The notes under the pieces: model-generated
Seen by the model: only the letters and a program-made list of their open reading frames with translations
Database searches by the model: none
What the model was told of the DNA's origin: nothing
Position numbers and translations under genes: made by a program
DNA from: Trichosphaerium sp. ATCC 40318
Lineage: Eukaryota > Protista > Tubulinea
DNA: 64,000 nucleotides
Direction of reading: 5' to 3'
Assembly: GCA_038496445.1 (NCBI GenBank)
Contig: JALMLS010000451.1
Span: forward strand, 62,001 to 126,000
Shown: positions 11,463 through 24,467 of the stretch, piece after piece
Numbering within the stretch: the first letter of the stretch is position 1
Layout of the letters: each line of letters starts with the position of its first letter

Positions 11463-14400
11463 CTAGGAAGGTACACTAGACCAGCCGCCAGAGGATTTAA
11501 ATTTACTGACTACTTTGGCGACTTCTTCATCCGTAGTGCACTCGATCATGGAGCCCCATGTCAATCCCACTTTTAGATTGATCTTCAGTGGCACGTCAAG
11601 CTTTGTTGCATGCTCCATTCCTTCTCTTATTAAATCAGCCATGAGCTCCAAGTTTTCTGGTGGCACTTCATAAATAAGTTCCTGACAAGTTTCATTAAAC
11701 ACAAAAACATGTGATTTTAGTGGTGAGTACGTCGTGTATGTTTAATAAGAGTCTACTGTCGATATTATGCTTCTTGATTAATCTGGCAGTTTTGATCATA
11801 GCCAATTTTACAAGATCTGCTGCGGAGCCTTGAATGATGGTGTTTACAGCCTAAATCAATACGTAAGTTATGTTCAAAGATGTTATAGCTAACCTGTCTT
11901 TCTGCTTGTGTGCGTAATCTATCTGACTTACTTATAATATCTGGTAGCAACCGTTGCCTTCCCCAGAGTGTTAAAACCTTCAAGTCCCTACAAACAAATA
12001 TTAATCTAAGACCAAACCTAAAGAGGCTACCTCTTGGCATCCTTTACGTTTTCTAAAATGAATGTCTTCACAGCAGGATAACGATCTTTGAACTTGCTGA
12101 TGAATTTCAACGCTTGTTCGTGGTTTATGCCCAGTTTTTCTCCCAGGGTTCTCGGACCTATCGCACTGTTTAATGACATCTCTTAAGTTTTTCTTTCAAC
12201 CATACCAATGCCATATGTGATACCATAAACCATGCTCTTTGCTTGGCTACGTTCAGTGGATGATACTTCTTCTGGGCTCTTATCTAAAGGAAATTGAGAC
12301 ATTATACTATTGAATATTTGTTTACTTAGCCAATGAGAAGCCACAAGTCTATGAACGTCCTTACCAGACTTAAAAAAGTCTTGTAAGATTGTGTCGTTTG
12401 CAACATGCGCCAGTATTCTCATTTCGAGTTGTGAGTAATCAGCACCAATTAATACCATGCCAGGAGAAGCCGTAAAAATATCACGAACGTTAACCTTCAC
12501 CCCTTCATCTGTTGGAGTCTCTTGGCTCACATTAAGTTGAGCAGCTTCAAAAGTGATTTCAGCTCTGGCACTTTGCATATTCTAGGACGTTGCTATTAAT
12601 ATTGTGTTGTAACCGTTGACCTACTGGAAATCTACAAGGAATCCGTCCAGTACGAGAACCAGTATGATTCCTAGTAGGAATTTAGTAGGAGTTCCCTTGT
12701 TAATGTAATACAATACCATGAAGGATGGACTCTATTGTTGATTACAAGAGAAGTGACGCCACGGTCATCGACCCAAGTAGATAAAATACCAGCTATGCTT
12801 CTATGGTAATAGTTAAACAACGTAAGGCATTAGAAATTTTTAGTGCCTGTATTCCAGTACTAGTCCTGGTAATGGATGAGCATGTTGTAGTGACTTTAAC
12901 ACATCGAGGCCTGTTGACATTGCTCCGCTTTTGCCTTCAACAGCCTTGTTCGAATTCTTGGTATTTTTATTAGCGCACGTGATTAAATATGGCCTTGGTT
13001 TGTAGTACTGATTTTAATTTAAGAGTATCAAATAGCATTTTTGATACTTGATCGTGACTGCTTAACAAGACAGGCTTCCTAACTCTTGATTAAAGAAAAA
13101 TAACTAAGCTGGAACATACCCACAACATTCTTCGGCTTCTTTTGACAGTTGGTCAGTGCGCCTTATGAGAGAAGATTCCAAACGTTTTAAAGTTGCATCT
13201 TCAAAGCTCATTCCATTTACTTCCATCATAGCAAGTATGGGTATGGCAAGCATTTCCTAATTTGAGTAAGTAGGTGTTCTTGGTGTGATATCATACCAGG
13301 TCATCAAAAGCGCTCTTAAGTCCGTCATTCATTTCGCTCATAAAGTGTATGTATAGTCTGTATAGTACACACATATCTGCATATAATATCTGTGCAGGAT
13401 TAATGAAAGGATTAAGAGCAGGCAATGGTCTTTTGTCTTTAGCACTTTGTTTATCAGTAAACCGTTTGTATACACCTTCATAAGAAAAGTTATCTGCAGA
13501 TGGAGGGTTACATAACCAAGCTGCTATTTGCAAATCGCAAAGCCTTTCAAAGTCAGCTACAAATAATTCATTAGAACAAACTACTTCGCATCTAATAAGC
13601 CATACTATGATATAAAGGTTTTCCTTCATTAACATCATGTTGGATTACCACCTTGGTGCTAAGTTTGCAATTGTACGAAATCTTGTGTTTGATTGTATTT
13701 GATGCAAAGAAATCTCTAACGAATTTCCATCGTTCACTACACGTGATTTCTGATTTTATTGTATCAGTATTTAAGAAATACCCTGTGGTCTATAGATTAA
13801 ATTAGTACTATATTTTATCGTGCATCGTACGCTCTCAGGAATCAGAAAACCGAATCCTATACAAGGTGGTACTACTCGTCTGACAACATCTCCTGGTTTT
13901 CGTTCTGGTTGCCGAATACTAGTTTGTTTAGACTTGAATACAGTGGCCCAAAGTACAATGTTACTCTCGAGTATAGTTGTTACAAACTCGTCAAAAGTAG
14001 CCCTGGAAGCTGTGACGTTAATCAGATGAGCAAAGGCAGTCTTGGCTGCCGGGCGTTTTTTATGCTTTGTAACTTTGCTTGGAGACTTGCTTCCTGTGTA
14101 TGCCATGCGAACTGGCGATTGCTTTGTTGTTGTATTTTTAGTATCTGGAGTGACGCTTGACTCTTTCGGCACCACTTTTCGTCTTTTTGTAGATACACCT
14201 TTAGTAGGGGTATGTTTTCTTTTCTTAGCAGGTTGCACTGAGCCTTTTTTACCTAAGAAAATTAAAGTCAATACACGTGCGATAGTGTTTGAACGATCGT
14301 TAGTACACATACCCGGCGATAACTTCATTCGTTTCTTTGGAGGGCTTTTTGTAGGAGGAGAAGAAAGTTCACGTTTTTTTGGAGAGCTTTTCGGAGAAAC

Positions 14401-14713
14401 AAAGTCCTCAAAGCTTGAACTTCGCTCTATGACCTTTGCATCCTTCTTTTCTGTTTTACTAGTCTTCTGTGTCATACAGTTAATATTCATTCAGTGCTGG
14501 TTACCGCATAGCGTGTTGTACCTCTTTAACGGCTTTTGGCGTGGAAGTGTCGTTATTCTCATTAGATTGCTTTTTCAAGTCTTTCTTCGTTTTTGGACCG
14601 CGTTTAAAGAATGAATCGAGCTTTTGCTGGCCACTATCGTTTGTTTTCCTCAAAACAATTGTAAATGGACGTTGGTGTATTTATTTTAATGCTTACTTAG
14701 CACGTGACGACAT
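11463..14713 (-). CDS. Family A DNA polymerase, Pol nu/theta-like, without a helicase domain
   Basis: Motif A GADYSQLEMRILAH, motif B RSQAKSMVYGITYG, QAERQAVNTIIQGSAAD, motif C LLLNIHDELIYEV; DLQIAAWL; Lys-rich disordered N-terminus; start codon approximate. Confidence 0.9.
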
Positions 14714-15067
14714 AGCGATCGCTAGAACGTTAGCAGTCGCTTTCTTGCAAACGATACTGTTTTTTCACAGAAATAATAGCAGTCAAACCTGTTACTACAA
14801 ATGTAGACAACTTTCTGCTACTTATCGACATAAAAATCCAAGTAACCATGTAAAGCTCAAACCTTTTTCGACTAAAGAAATGCACAAAAGGTAGAAAGTA
14901 GTACTTAAAAACTGCTCCACATAAAAAAACCACGTGATTTGCAAACAAAACATACGCCTTTTTATTAGTATTGTCCGTATCATTCAAGTTTGCGACAGGT
15001 TTGGCAGAAGTATCAAAGTGTAAGATCTTGCAAGAACTAACAAAACTGACAGATCTTGTAACTTCTG

Positions 15068-15272
15068 CTAGTTCGTGGTTGCTGCGTATTTTGATACTTG
15101 AGACCACAATTTATAGGTGATGTGGTCTAAACCGATAAAATAGCGCTGCAACTCAACTGGAATTCGTATTAGCGAGGTGTAATGTGTTGTACAGCTATTA
15201 ACTGAGTCCTTTGTCTAATGTAAGTTAAATTTGCTTCAGTCTATGGTGTACCTTTTTTGATGGATGATCCAT
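15068..15272 (-). pseudogene. Truncated F-box-like 5' fragment of the MORN-repeat gene seen in copy B
   Basis: Reads ..SLIRIPVELQRYFIGLDHITYKLWSQVSKYAATTN*; homology to copy B ends at 15075. Confidence 0.55.
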
Positions 15273-16412
15273 ACTGTGATGTGATGTTTATAGATACTAG
15301 GACGTGAATAAACAAGAAGTTTCATTTCAATCAGTTTTTTCGGGATGGAGTATTCAATCACGTTCCATGTGCGAATTCAAAACAAATAATTATTTTCTTA
15401 AGATCCCTATCAATTCTACAACACCTATTAGGAGATACTCCGGTACCCTCACTGACATCTAAGGCCAGAACTTTGGTTTATTCGTGTAAACTCTTCGGTT
15501 GCTTTCCTTATGGAACACTCAGAATAGAAATGTACTACAAAGTGATTGTATGAGTATTGTACTATTTTTCTTGGAACTTATCGTCTTCATAATAGTTGGC
15601 TCTTAGCACAATCTCAGGTGTAGAAATATTTGAAATTTATGCAAATTGCAAGCAATACTGAACGAAATATGAGTTTATTCTTGTACTTGGCTCATTGTTT
15701 TAGATATCTTGTACAAGCCAAATATGGTTACAGCAGTGACGAGGCGCCTAACAGACATTCAAGAGTACACATTCAAATAAAATACAGAACAAAATAAACA
15801 ATTGTTCCAATTGTTTCAAGCACAAGCAAGATAAGAGATATGATGCCAAAACCTCTGCAAAGGGATTAATAGTGGAAAAAAACCTATGAATCATACCTCG
15901 TTAACCTATCTTTGGAAGTGATAAACATGGCAGCAGCACACCATGGAAAGTAACAGAAAATACCAAGAATAAATCTTGTTGGTACGTTAACAAAACTGTA
16001 CAACAATAGGTGATACTAGATGACGTACAAGCTACATGCCATTTTTCTATCTTTTCTCTCGTGACCCTCCAGTTTTCTTAGGAATTATTAATACTTGTTT
16101 TAGCAATATTTACAAGTACATAAAGAAAATCACGCACACTTTAGTTGGTTTAGTATCTGCTGTGACAAGCACGTTTGATTGTATCCTTAGTGCCAAATCG
16201 TCTGTATCATTAGCTTTTGTGTCTGTTGCTTTGTTTTCCGTTTGAAGTGGAGGTTGTATTATGTTCGGATTGTATGGTTGTTCTTGATTTACAACTTCCG
16301 TATCTGTTACCTCATCTTCCATTTGAAGTGGGTGTTGTATTATATTTGGGTTGTACGGTTGTTCTATGTCGTTTTGATCCATTTTCTACAAGTTATAGTC
16401 TTTTGTGACAGT
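15075..16412 (-). repeat. Segmental duplication copy A (inverted relative to 23699..25166)
   Basis: Reverse complement matches 23699..25166 nearly base for base, e.g. the QNDIEQPYNPNIIQ ORFs and caagtatcaaaatacgcagcaaccac at the breakpoint. Confidence 0.95.
15773..16382 (-). CDS. Small membrane protein, copy A (acidic repeat N-terminus, two C-terminal TM segments)
   Basis: Three GT-AG introns join MDQNDIEQPYNP.. to KLEGHERKDRKMACSLFILGIFCYFPWCAAAMFITSKDRLTRGFGIISLILLVLETIG.. Confidence 0.7.
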
Positions 16413-16571
16413 TTTAGTGCCTGCAGTTGAGATGGTTTATGGCGTAGTACAAAATAATACCTTTAAGACTTTCGCCAGGAGCTCACGCCACGGATATGAT
16501 ATTTTCAAATTTTTCAGACCTGGAAACGGGTAAACATTATCCGACCCGACACGTGCACATTTTTTTTTCGT

Positions 16572-17420
16572 ATGAAAACAAAACCATTGGCGGCCTTGCC
16601 CTCTTTGCTATTGTCAATTACGTGCGAATGGATTTATTGTTCAAGCCAAAAGATATTCTCGCATTTAATTACTCGTATCACGGTATGTAATGTAAACACT
16701 AGTACAACTACACGCTAGTTTCATTAGCTACTTACTTTTTTGCCGTCATTTACGAGAGCGCAGATAGCCACCTAGCGAATACAAGCGTTAACATTAATGT
16801 CTTCTCGTTGTGCAGTGCCAGCTTCTTTGTTACCATTGGCACTGGTCACGTGGTTTTCGTAGCTTTGAGACTTTAGCTAGAATTGAGTAGTACACCAAGT
16901 TCTTGAAGCCAAAATATCACAAACCCTGCGCAGAGTTGTATGAATGTAGTAGATGTTGCTGGCACCTTGGAAGTTCTCACTAACGAAGAATTAGCGGCAG
17001 TGTATTAACCGAGAAGGCATGACGGCAACGCTTGTATTTTCTGGGAAGGCAATACAACAACATAACAAAACTTGTTACTATTAGGTCATTGAAAAGAAAG
17101 ATGTAAAGCAAAAGATCATCATTTCATGTAATCCCTTGCCATCTGACGTTTGCTTTATATTGCAACCTTGTGAAAAATAGTAGGATGAGCACTAAGCGTT
17201 CAACATTGTTGTCTGTTTTCAAAACAATGATTAGGCCTCGTTCATTACGCTACCAGTAATGCCCTTGCTGGCATGACAATTATTTCTGGTACGAGCTTAT
17301 ACAATACTTGTTGATAGTTTAATCTAGTAGCGACCACTTTATTGGGTGGTAGAAACAACATCAAGTGCCACGCTAGAGTCACTAGACGTTGATGTCTTCC
17401 CTCCCAAAAGCTATCTAGTT
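16572..17420 (+). pseudogene. Possible decayed gene remnant (signal-peptide-like start, intron-like pieces, many stops)
   Basis: ATG followed, after a frameshift, by hydrophobic GGLALFAIVNYV; no continuous frame across ~850 bp of an otherwise gene-dense genome. Confidence 0.25.
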
Positions 17421-17743
17421 AAATGAATTGCGAATGAGGAGTAAGATTGAGAAATAGGTTCTAACTTTGTGCCATGATTGATAACGCTTTGTAAATTTCA
17501 AGTCCTTAAACATATCAACGAAGTTGTTATTTGACACCAATTTCGTACACGAACAATGGATGGGGCTATCCGAATCGTTCACCTAATAGAGGGAATGCTC
17601 TTTCAACCTGACAAAGTCTAACACCTAAGAAATTGTTCTAGACATGTGGTCAAAAGATATCTAAACAAGAATGACGGTAGCCATAAGCTTACATCATAAT
17701 TGCTCCAACAGAACTTAACTTTGCTTCAGTGTGCACACCAAAC

Positions 17744-19863
17744 ATGGGAAACTATACCTGTGCCCTTTTTCTAGCATTTGTACTGTATTTTTGTACTGTA
17801 GCGCACGCAAACGGTTCATACAAGGTGTTCGAAGCGACAATAAAACGAGTACATGAAGCAATACATAATGGCGAGAGCTGTACAAGTAAGAACACATGAG
17901 TCTAATTAGACATCTTTAACCAATAGAAAGGTATTATAACAAAACATTTAGCGCTTATTGAGGCGAACGATGCGCATCAGAAAGCATACAACGCCATGAC
18001 TGCCATCAACCATGACGCACTTAAGTTGGATCGAGACGTAATAATGTAGTGCTAATTTTGCTGATAGGAGAGCTGCAGAATTAGATACATTGATAAATTC
18101 GAAGGGAACACGTCAGAAAGTTTTAGCAGAAATGCCGCTGTTCTGTGTTGCAACAGTTGTAAAGGATAACATTAATTTTGAAGGTAGGTTTCCAAAAACA
18201 TTCTTATTTTTTGCTGTATATGTAGCTCATTGGAACGCAAGGGATGACTACTACATCTGGTGTTGAAGCGATGCGTGATGTTATGCCGTACCAAACAGCG
18301 CCTGTGCTTGAAGTCATGATAAACAAAGGTCGACTTGAATTTTCTCAAAATCTCCCTCTTTTTTTCCTAAGCAGTTTATTTTCAAGTAGGAGTTGTTGTA
18401 CTTGGTAAGACAAACCTAGCTGAATTTGCCATGTCACGATTAAACACAATCAGGTAAACTTGTGGGTATTTCACGACTGCCTGTAAAATACCATTCAAGA
18501 CTTTATTTAATTACACTATAGTTCTTTTGGCGGGCAAACAAGAAACGCTTATGGAACTTCAATTACCCCTTATGGTTCGAGCGGGGGTACAGGAACTGCA
18601 GTGACTGCAAGTTATGGTATTCTAGGCATTGGGTCAGGTACGTAATTAGTGAGACTGTATTGTTGATTTAAGTATTTAAGATACGTCTGGTTCCATACAA
18701 ATGCCTTCAAGTGCAGCTGCAATTGTGGGTATTCGACCAACGAAAGGACTTATTTCAACAGAAGGAGTGGCACCAGCTTGGATTTTTGCTGATGTCATTG
18801 GGCCTATGTGCCGTACAGTTGAAGATGTTGCAGCGCTCTTCGATGTAACTACTTTCACAACTCTCTTTTTCTGTTTTATTTAACTTGTGTAGGTAATGGT
18901 AGATGACCATTCAGACTTTGGAATAGACTATAGGGATTATGTAAATATATATGGACTTAAGAATACTAGAATTGGCTTTGCTGTTGAATCTCTAGAGCGT
19001 GGAAGGCCAGATAGAGAGGTGTCACATCAGATAATTGTGTTAGTTGATTGAGATTCTTACCATTCATAGGTTGAAGCCTTGGTTAGATCAGCTATTAGTG
19101 CAATGGAAAGCGGTGGAGCTGATGTTGCTAATATAGAATTTATAGAAGAATATGATGCAATAGAAGAACAAATGAATCAATATTTGGAAATATGTAATCC
19201 TCAAGTACGTGAGATGTTAGTTACCACCTCTATGCTTACCTGCTCCAAAAGCAATTCTACTACTTCTTTAATGAATATTTGGAGACAACTACTTCGAGTG
19301 ATCTTAATATGCGAGATATTTACATGTCCGGTGAGCCAAGAGAACGTCAAACAAATTTTCATAGTTTTGCTTCTCAACTTGTTTTTGCTCACGTGATATA
19401 AGGTCAGTTTCTGGATTTTGTTAGACCGTCTTTGCAACGTGCTGTAGCAACTAATACTACAAGTAATCCAATGGGTAACGAAGATTGCAGAAACTTGCTA
19501 TTAGTAAAAGCAGAAGCTGCTGACTTTCTCGATTATATCTTCGACAAGAATAACTTGGATGCTATTGTGTTTCCGGTTGTTAATCAACCGCCTTATAGCC
19601 CCCCTGGATTTGACACACCCCCTGGTATATCATAAGTATCAAGTACCTTGCTTAAGTTGCTTACATTTCGTTTAGGCTACCAGCAGTTTTCGTATATTGC
19701 TCCTTTTGCAGGGTTTCCAACTATTACTTTGCCTATTGGTAACACGAACAAAGATCTGCCTGTTGGCCTCAACATCATGGCAAAACGCTTTCAAGAGCAT
19801 ACCCTTATCAAATTAGCGTCGGGGTTAGAACATGAAATCAATGGAAGACAACCTCCAGAATAA
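17744..19863 (+). CDS. Secreted amidase-signature family enzyme
   Basis: Signal peptide MGNYTCALFLAFVLYFCTVAHA; VVKDNI (catalytic Lys), GKTNLAEFA, GSSGGTG, GSDTSGSIQMPS, GIRPTKG, GPMCRTVED, LPVGLNI. Confidence 0.92.
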
Positions 19864-20039
19864 AACAAAATTTCTGATGGAGTGCACTTGAAATCCGTTT
19901 TTTTTCAATGTAGTACATCTTTGCCGTTATAGCTAGAGGAGCTTGCGGGCAAGCCAATATCCTGTGACAAAATGCCTATCGAATTAAAGTGATAATACTA
20001 CGATGAAGGTGGGAAACATAATTTTATTGTAACAGAGAT

Positions 20040-21237
20040 TCAAACAGCGTTCTCCGATAAAATGATATACTCACGTGAGCTGAACCCAAACTTGATTGAG
20101 TCTTTTTCAAGTAATTGAATGTATCTCGAACCGTCAACACGGCTTCCATTTAAATGAGTTCCATTTGTGCTATTCAAATCCATCAAGTATGCTCTACAAA
20201 AATCCTTAGTAACTATGCTATCACCAAACAATCAAAGAAAAAAGAATACCTCTCTCTTTTACCATCCTTTGTTCTTACAGAACGGAATTGAATGACTGCG
20301 TGTTGTTTCGAACATGATGGATGATCTACAGGAATATCACAAACAGACCTATCGCGTCCGAAAAGATACATAGTTTTTTTACTAATGTGGTACGGTTCTA
20401 GGCATAAAAAGGTTAGAAAATTGACATTTCACTTGTTTGGTTTTTTTAACTCACCGAGTGACTCTTTGCCTTTGAAAACATACAAGCGCCATTTTGTTGA
20501 TGGTATTACTTTATCTTCTGGTTCCATGTACTTCATTTCGACACCTCTTAGCGACGGCGGTTAGTACTAATTTTATTGCATTTGGGTGCTACGCACTTGT
20601 ATGTACGCAATTCTTTGGTAAGGTTGCCGGATGGCTTGAAGTTTGGCTTTTCTTTCTCGTCTTCTGGGACTTCGTCTTCGTCCGGCTTGTCTTCAAACAT
20701 TTCCTTCAGAAGGTGAGCAGTCTAAACATGACTACTTATCGTGGCGTGCCGGTTTACCCCACTCGTATTTTACTCGTTTATTGGCACGATCCTCTTCCTC
20801 GCGCCTTCTCTTGCCTCTGCTCATTACTGGACCTACCAGTATGGTGAGTGTGATTGTCAGTGTCAGTAGCTTACGTCTGTCATCTTTGTTATCCCTGCCA
20901 CGGCCACCACGACCGCCACGACCGCCGCGCCTGGCGTTGTCACGTCTTGCAGGCGACCTATACTCCTTTAGATGAGAATAACGGATTGCTTATACCTGCT
21001 GTCTTGTCTACGCCTTCGTGGAGGACTTCTGCTGCGTTTGCGGCTCCGTGGAGGAGACCTAATGGCTGTAAGAAAGCTGTAAAAGTGAAGTACGTTAAAT
21101 TAGGTCGGATTGCTAACCTTCCAGCGCTACTTTACCTACTGCGTCGTATTGGGGAACTTGCAGAGCTACTAATCAAAAATTAATCTGTAAGTTAATTATA
21201 TTGGGTAGTGCCTGTCCGAGTCACTTGAACTACTCAT
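20040..21237 (-). CDS. SNIP1: FHA-domain splicing factor SNIP1/Pml1/DAWDLE with RS/RG-rich N-terminus
   Basis: KPNFKPSGNL, WRLYVFK, YLFGRDR, HPSCSKQHAVIQFR, DLNSTNGT, IKFGFSSREY. Confidence 0.92.
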
Positions 21238-21387
21238 TTGCCTGCGTGTCTTCGAAGTTGAAACAGAATTGCTTTGTACAGAACCACAAAAAAGTAAAAT
21301 AAGTCTCACTTTTTCAAACTGTAAGATAAGCTAGCTAGAGAACTACAAGCAATTGCGTGCGTTCGAAGGTACTTTTACTTGATGTAA

Positions 21388-22978
21388 ATGGTAACACGGC
21401 GAATACGTGTTAGTGGACTGTTTAAGGGTAATGATGACGCCAAGGATACACTGCAAGTTCAACGGCGCAAATTCGATGATATTGCTGAAAAAATTGGTCT
21501 AAAATCACTTGACGGGTGGAATGATGTAACAGCTGACCTTATTATCACCCACGGTGGCTCAGGGTTGATTAAACAGTGAGTTTTGTTAATGACACTTCAC
21601 GATCCTGACATTGTAGATATGGTGGCTCCGTACGCGAGGCTATTGATACATTATATCCAAACCACACATGGGACTATTTGAGATTTAGGTACATTGTACA
21701 AATCTCCGTTACTGTGACACTGTTTAGAATGGGCCCACGTGGACATTGGGATAGTATCAACAATCAAAGGCAAGCCATTGAAGCTGCAGCCAAAGATTTG
21801 GGAATTAAAGATATTGATGGCTTATACAGTCTTACGTGGGCAAACTTGCGTAAACATAGAGCATCTGCTCTTGTTCATAGGTACTATTAGTTTATTGTAG
21901 GGTGTTACTAAGACGAAAAAGATATGGATCTATAGCTAGCATCATCGATAATGTGTATTTTGGTTACAAACAGAAGTATGTGCATGTTAGTTTTCTGTCT
22001 GAATTTCCATTTTAGGAGAGACAGAATTAAACAACACACAAGTCACAGACGATTCTTTGAAAATATTATGGTTTACCTAAGGCTGTACAATATGGAGGCA
22101 TGGTATTCTACCACAGAACTTGACACTAGACACCTTGGCATTGAGAAAGTATTACAAGAGTATGTGCGCTAGTTATGCTCAATTTTTAACACGTGAGCAA
22201 GGTATGGAAATTGTATCTCGAGAGCCATGCGTACCCTATTCCCAGAGCACGAGTGGGATTCTTTAAGATTAAGGTACACCAATACAATTTTAGCAAGCGC
22301 CAGTAATCATTATATTATATCAGACGCTATCATATTTCTGATGACTTTCATGACCGTGGCTGGGTAAAACTTATTGGAAAGAAAATTGGTGTTGTAGAAA
22401 TAGATGACTGGTACAATGTATCACGTTTGTTATTTGAGCAACATGGCGGACAACCTATGATAAAAAAGTACGCTTAGTGTTCATTACTATATAATCTGAT
22501 ATCATTTAGATATGGTTCTCTGCGTGGCGTATTACGAACTGTATATAGCGACCGCAAGTGGGATTTTAGACAAATTAAACCTCGTGGCTTCTGGCAAAAT
22601 AGAAAGAATCAACACTCTTTTTTGACAAAGCTTGCGGATAAATTTTGCATAGAGAACATGGAGGATTGGTGCGTAGTAGTAAGCATTTGCATTGCAACTT
22701 ACACTCTCAACAAGGTACCGTGTATCAACAACTCAGGTTACAGATTTAGGAGGTGGATTTGTTCAATACTATCCCCAAGTGTTATCTACCTTCGCACCTG
22801 GATACAAATGGGAGTGGCATAGATTTCCAATAACCACCAAGCGAGCAAAACAAAGGTACACAGCTAAACAAAACTTTCAGCACTTATAATGGTTAGGTGG
22901 CTCCAAACGTGTACAAAGAAACTCATACCCGAGCTGTATGATAGGGGACAAAAAGATTTTTGTTTCAATGCTCAGTAG
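21388..22978 (+). CDS. Uncharacterised tandem-repeat protein (~5 units of W-Y-x-V..GG..YG-S..YP-x-H-x-W..PRG-x-W), lacking the nuclease domain; paralog of 45562..46986
   Basis: Nine GT-AG introns give one open frame; repeats WNDVT..GGSGLIKQYGGS..YPNHTW, WYSTT..YGNC..FPEHEW, WYNVS..GGQPMIKKYGSL, MEDWYRVS; 3' end uncertain (22978 or ~23008). Confidence 0.8.
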
Positions 22979-23726
22979 GCGCTGTGTGATTATGATTAAA
23001 GCAAATTGAAAGAGCTCAGTTTTTTTAATTAAAACGTTTTTAATCGTTTTTAATCGTTTTTTTTTTACGTGCTAAATGTTAACATACTTTTCAACAACCT
23101 TTTACAACCACTCTATAAGAATATAGTGACGGGAACGCTTGTATTCCTGATTGGGCTACCCATAGTTGTTTTTACGAAAGTTACGACTATCATTACAATT
23201 ACTAACTGCTTGTAAGTTGTGGAAATGGATGGTAAAAACTTTCGTACCGATTGAAACACAGTTATGCCAATGGTTCCATTAGTACCTGTTGTATCAACGG
23301 TTTGTAACTCACAATTACAACGAGATATTCGTTTTTGTGGAAAAAAAAGCAATGTGCACGTGTTATAAATTACCTTTGAAATGTCAAAATAACTTTGTAA
23401 TATGGTCTAGGCTCTTCGGAGAACGAAACCGTGAAGGTATTGTATCTGGTGAACGTATAAAAGTTTACAAGTTATTTTGTGTACGTTAGTAAACAACTAT
23501 TATTGGACACTCCACCTCAACAACAGAAGCCACTCAAACAAAAGGCTCAGTAGAATATCTAAAACAATTACAGGCGCGTAATCCACTCCTTTGTATTTTT
23601 CTCAATACCGTCAAAATAAAAAACAGTTCTTCTTGCTGTATTGTACACCTTTTTTCTTGTTTCATGTGCCCTTGTTTATTTCATCCATAGCAACTTTTAC
23701 TATCACAAAAAGAATAGCTCGAAAAA

Positions 23727-24467
23727 ATGGCTCAAAACGATATTGAACAACCGTACAACCCAAATATAATACAACACCCACTTCAAATGGAAGACGAGGT
23801 AACAGATACGGAAGTTGTAAATCAAGAACAACCATACAATCCGAACATAATACAACCTCCACTTCAAACGGAAAACAAAGCAACAGACACAAAAGCTAGT
23901 GATACAGACGATTTGGCACTAAGAATACAATCAAACGTGCTCGTCACAGCAGATACTAAACCGACTAAAGTGTGCGTGATGTTCTTTATGTACTTGTATT
24001 GTCGACAGCAGTCGATATTATCAACCAAAATCAACAAAAAAGTTGTTGCGCCTCCTTACAAAAAACCTTATTGTTGATTTTGGTTGTAATAGCGGAGTTT
24101 TAAATAACTTGACTGCCGCAATATACAACTGCAAAAACAACTAATAATTCCTAAGAAAACTGGAGGGTCACGAGAGAAAAGATAGAAACATGGCATGTTG
24201 CTTGTACGTCATCTAGTATCACCTATTTTTGTACAGTTTTGTTAACGTACCAACAAGATTTGTTCTTGGTATTTTCTTTTACTTTCCATGGTGTGCTGCT
24301 GCCATGTTTATCACTTCCAAAGATAGGTTAACGAGGTATGATTCATAGGTTTTTCCCATTATTAATCCTTTTGTAGAGGTTTTGGCATCATATCTCTTAT
24401 CTTGCTTGTGCTTGAAACAATTGGAACAACTGTTTATCTATGTCTATTGTTTTTTGTGTGGTCTTGA
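23727..24467 (+). CDS. Small membrane protein, copy B
   Basis: Spliced product MAQNDIEQPYNP..KLEGHERKDRNMACCLFVLGIFFYFPWCAAAMFITSKDRLTRGFGIISLILLVLETIGTTVYLCLLFFVWS*; internal 27-aa-period repeat EQPYNPNIIQxPLQ. Confidence 0.72.
23997..24123. mobile_element. MITE-like insertion in intron 1 of copy B
   Basis: Absent from copy A; perfect 16 bp inverted repeat caaccaaaatcaacaa (24022-24037) / ttgttgattttggttg (24071-24086); imperfect termini tattg..gcagtc / gactgc..caata. Confidence 0.65.

Noticed and set aside
14042-14614. 190 aa hydrophobic ORF on the + strand
   Set aside because: Antisense shadow of the Lys-rich polymerase exon
17019-23146. 17/18 nt match gacggcaacgcttgtatt (~17020) versus gacgggaacgcttgtatt (~23128)
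   Set aside because: Similarity does not extend on either side; cannot be distinguished from chance or very old decay
23727-23880. Direct repeat with spacer resembling a CRISPR unit
   Set aside because: Two in-frame coding copies with 81 nt period in a eukaryotic gene; no array and no cas genes
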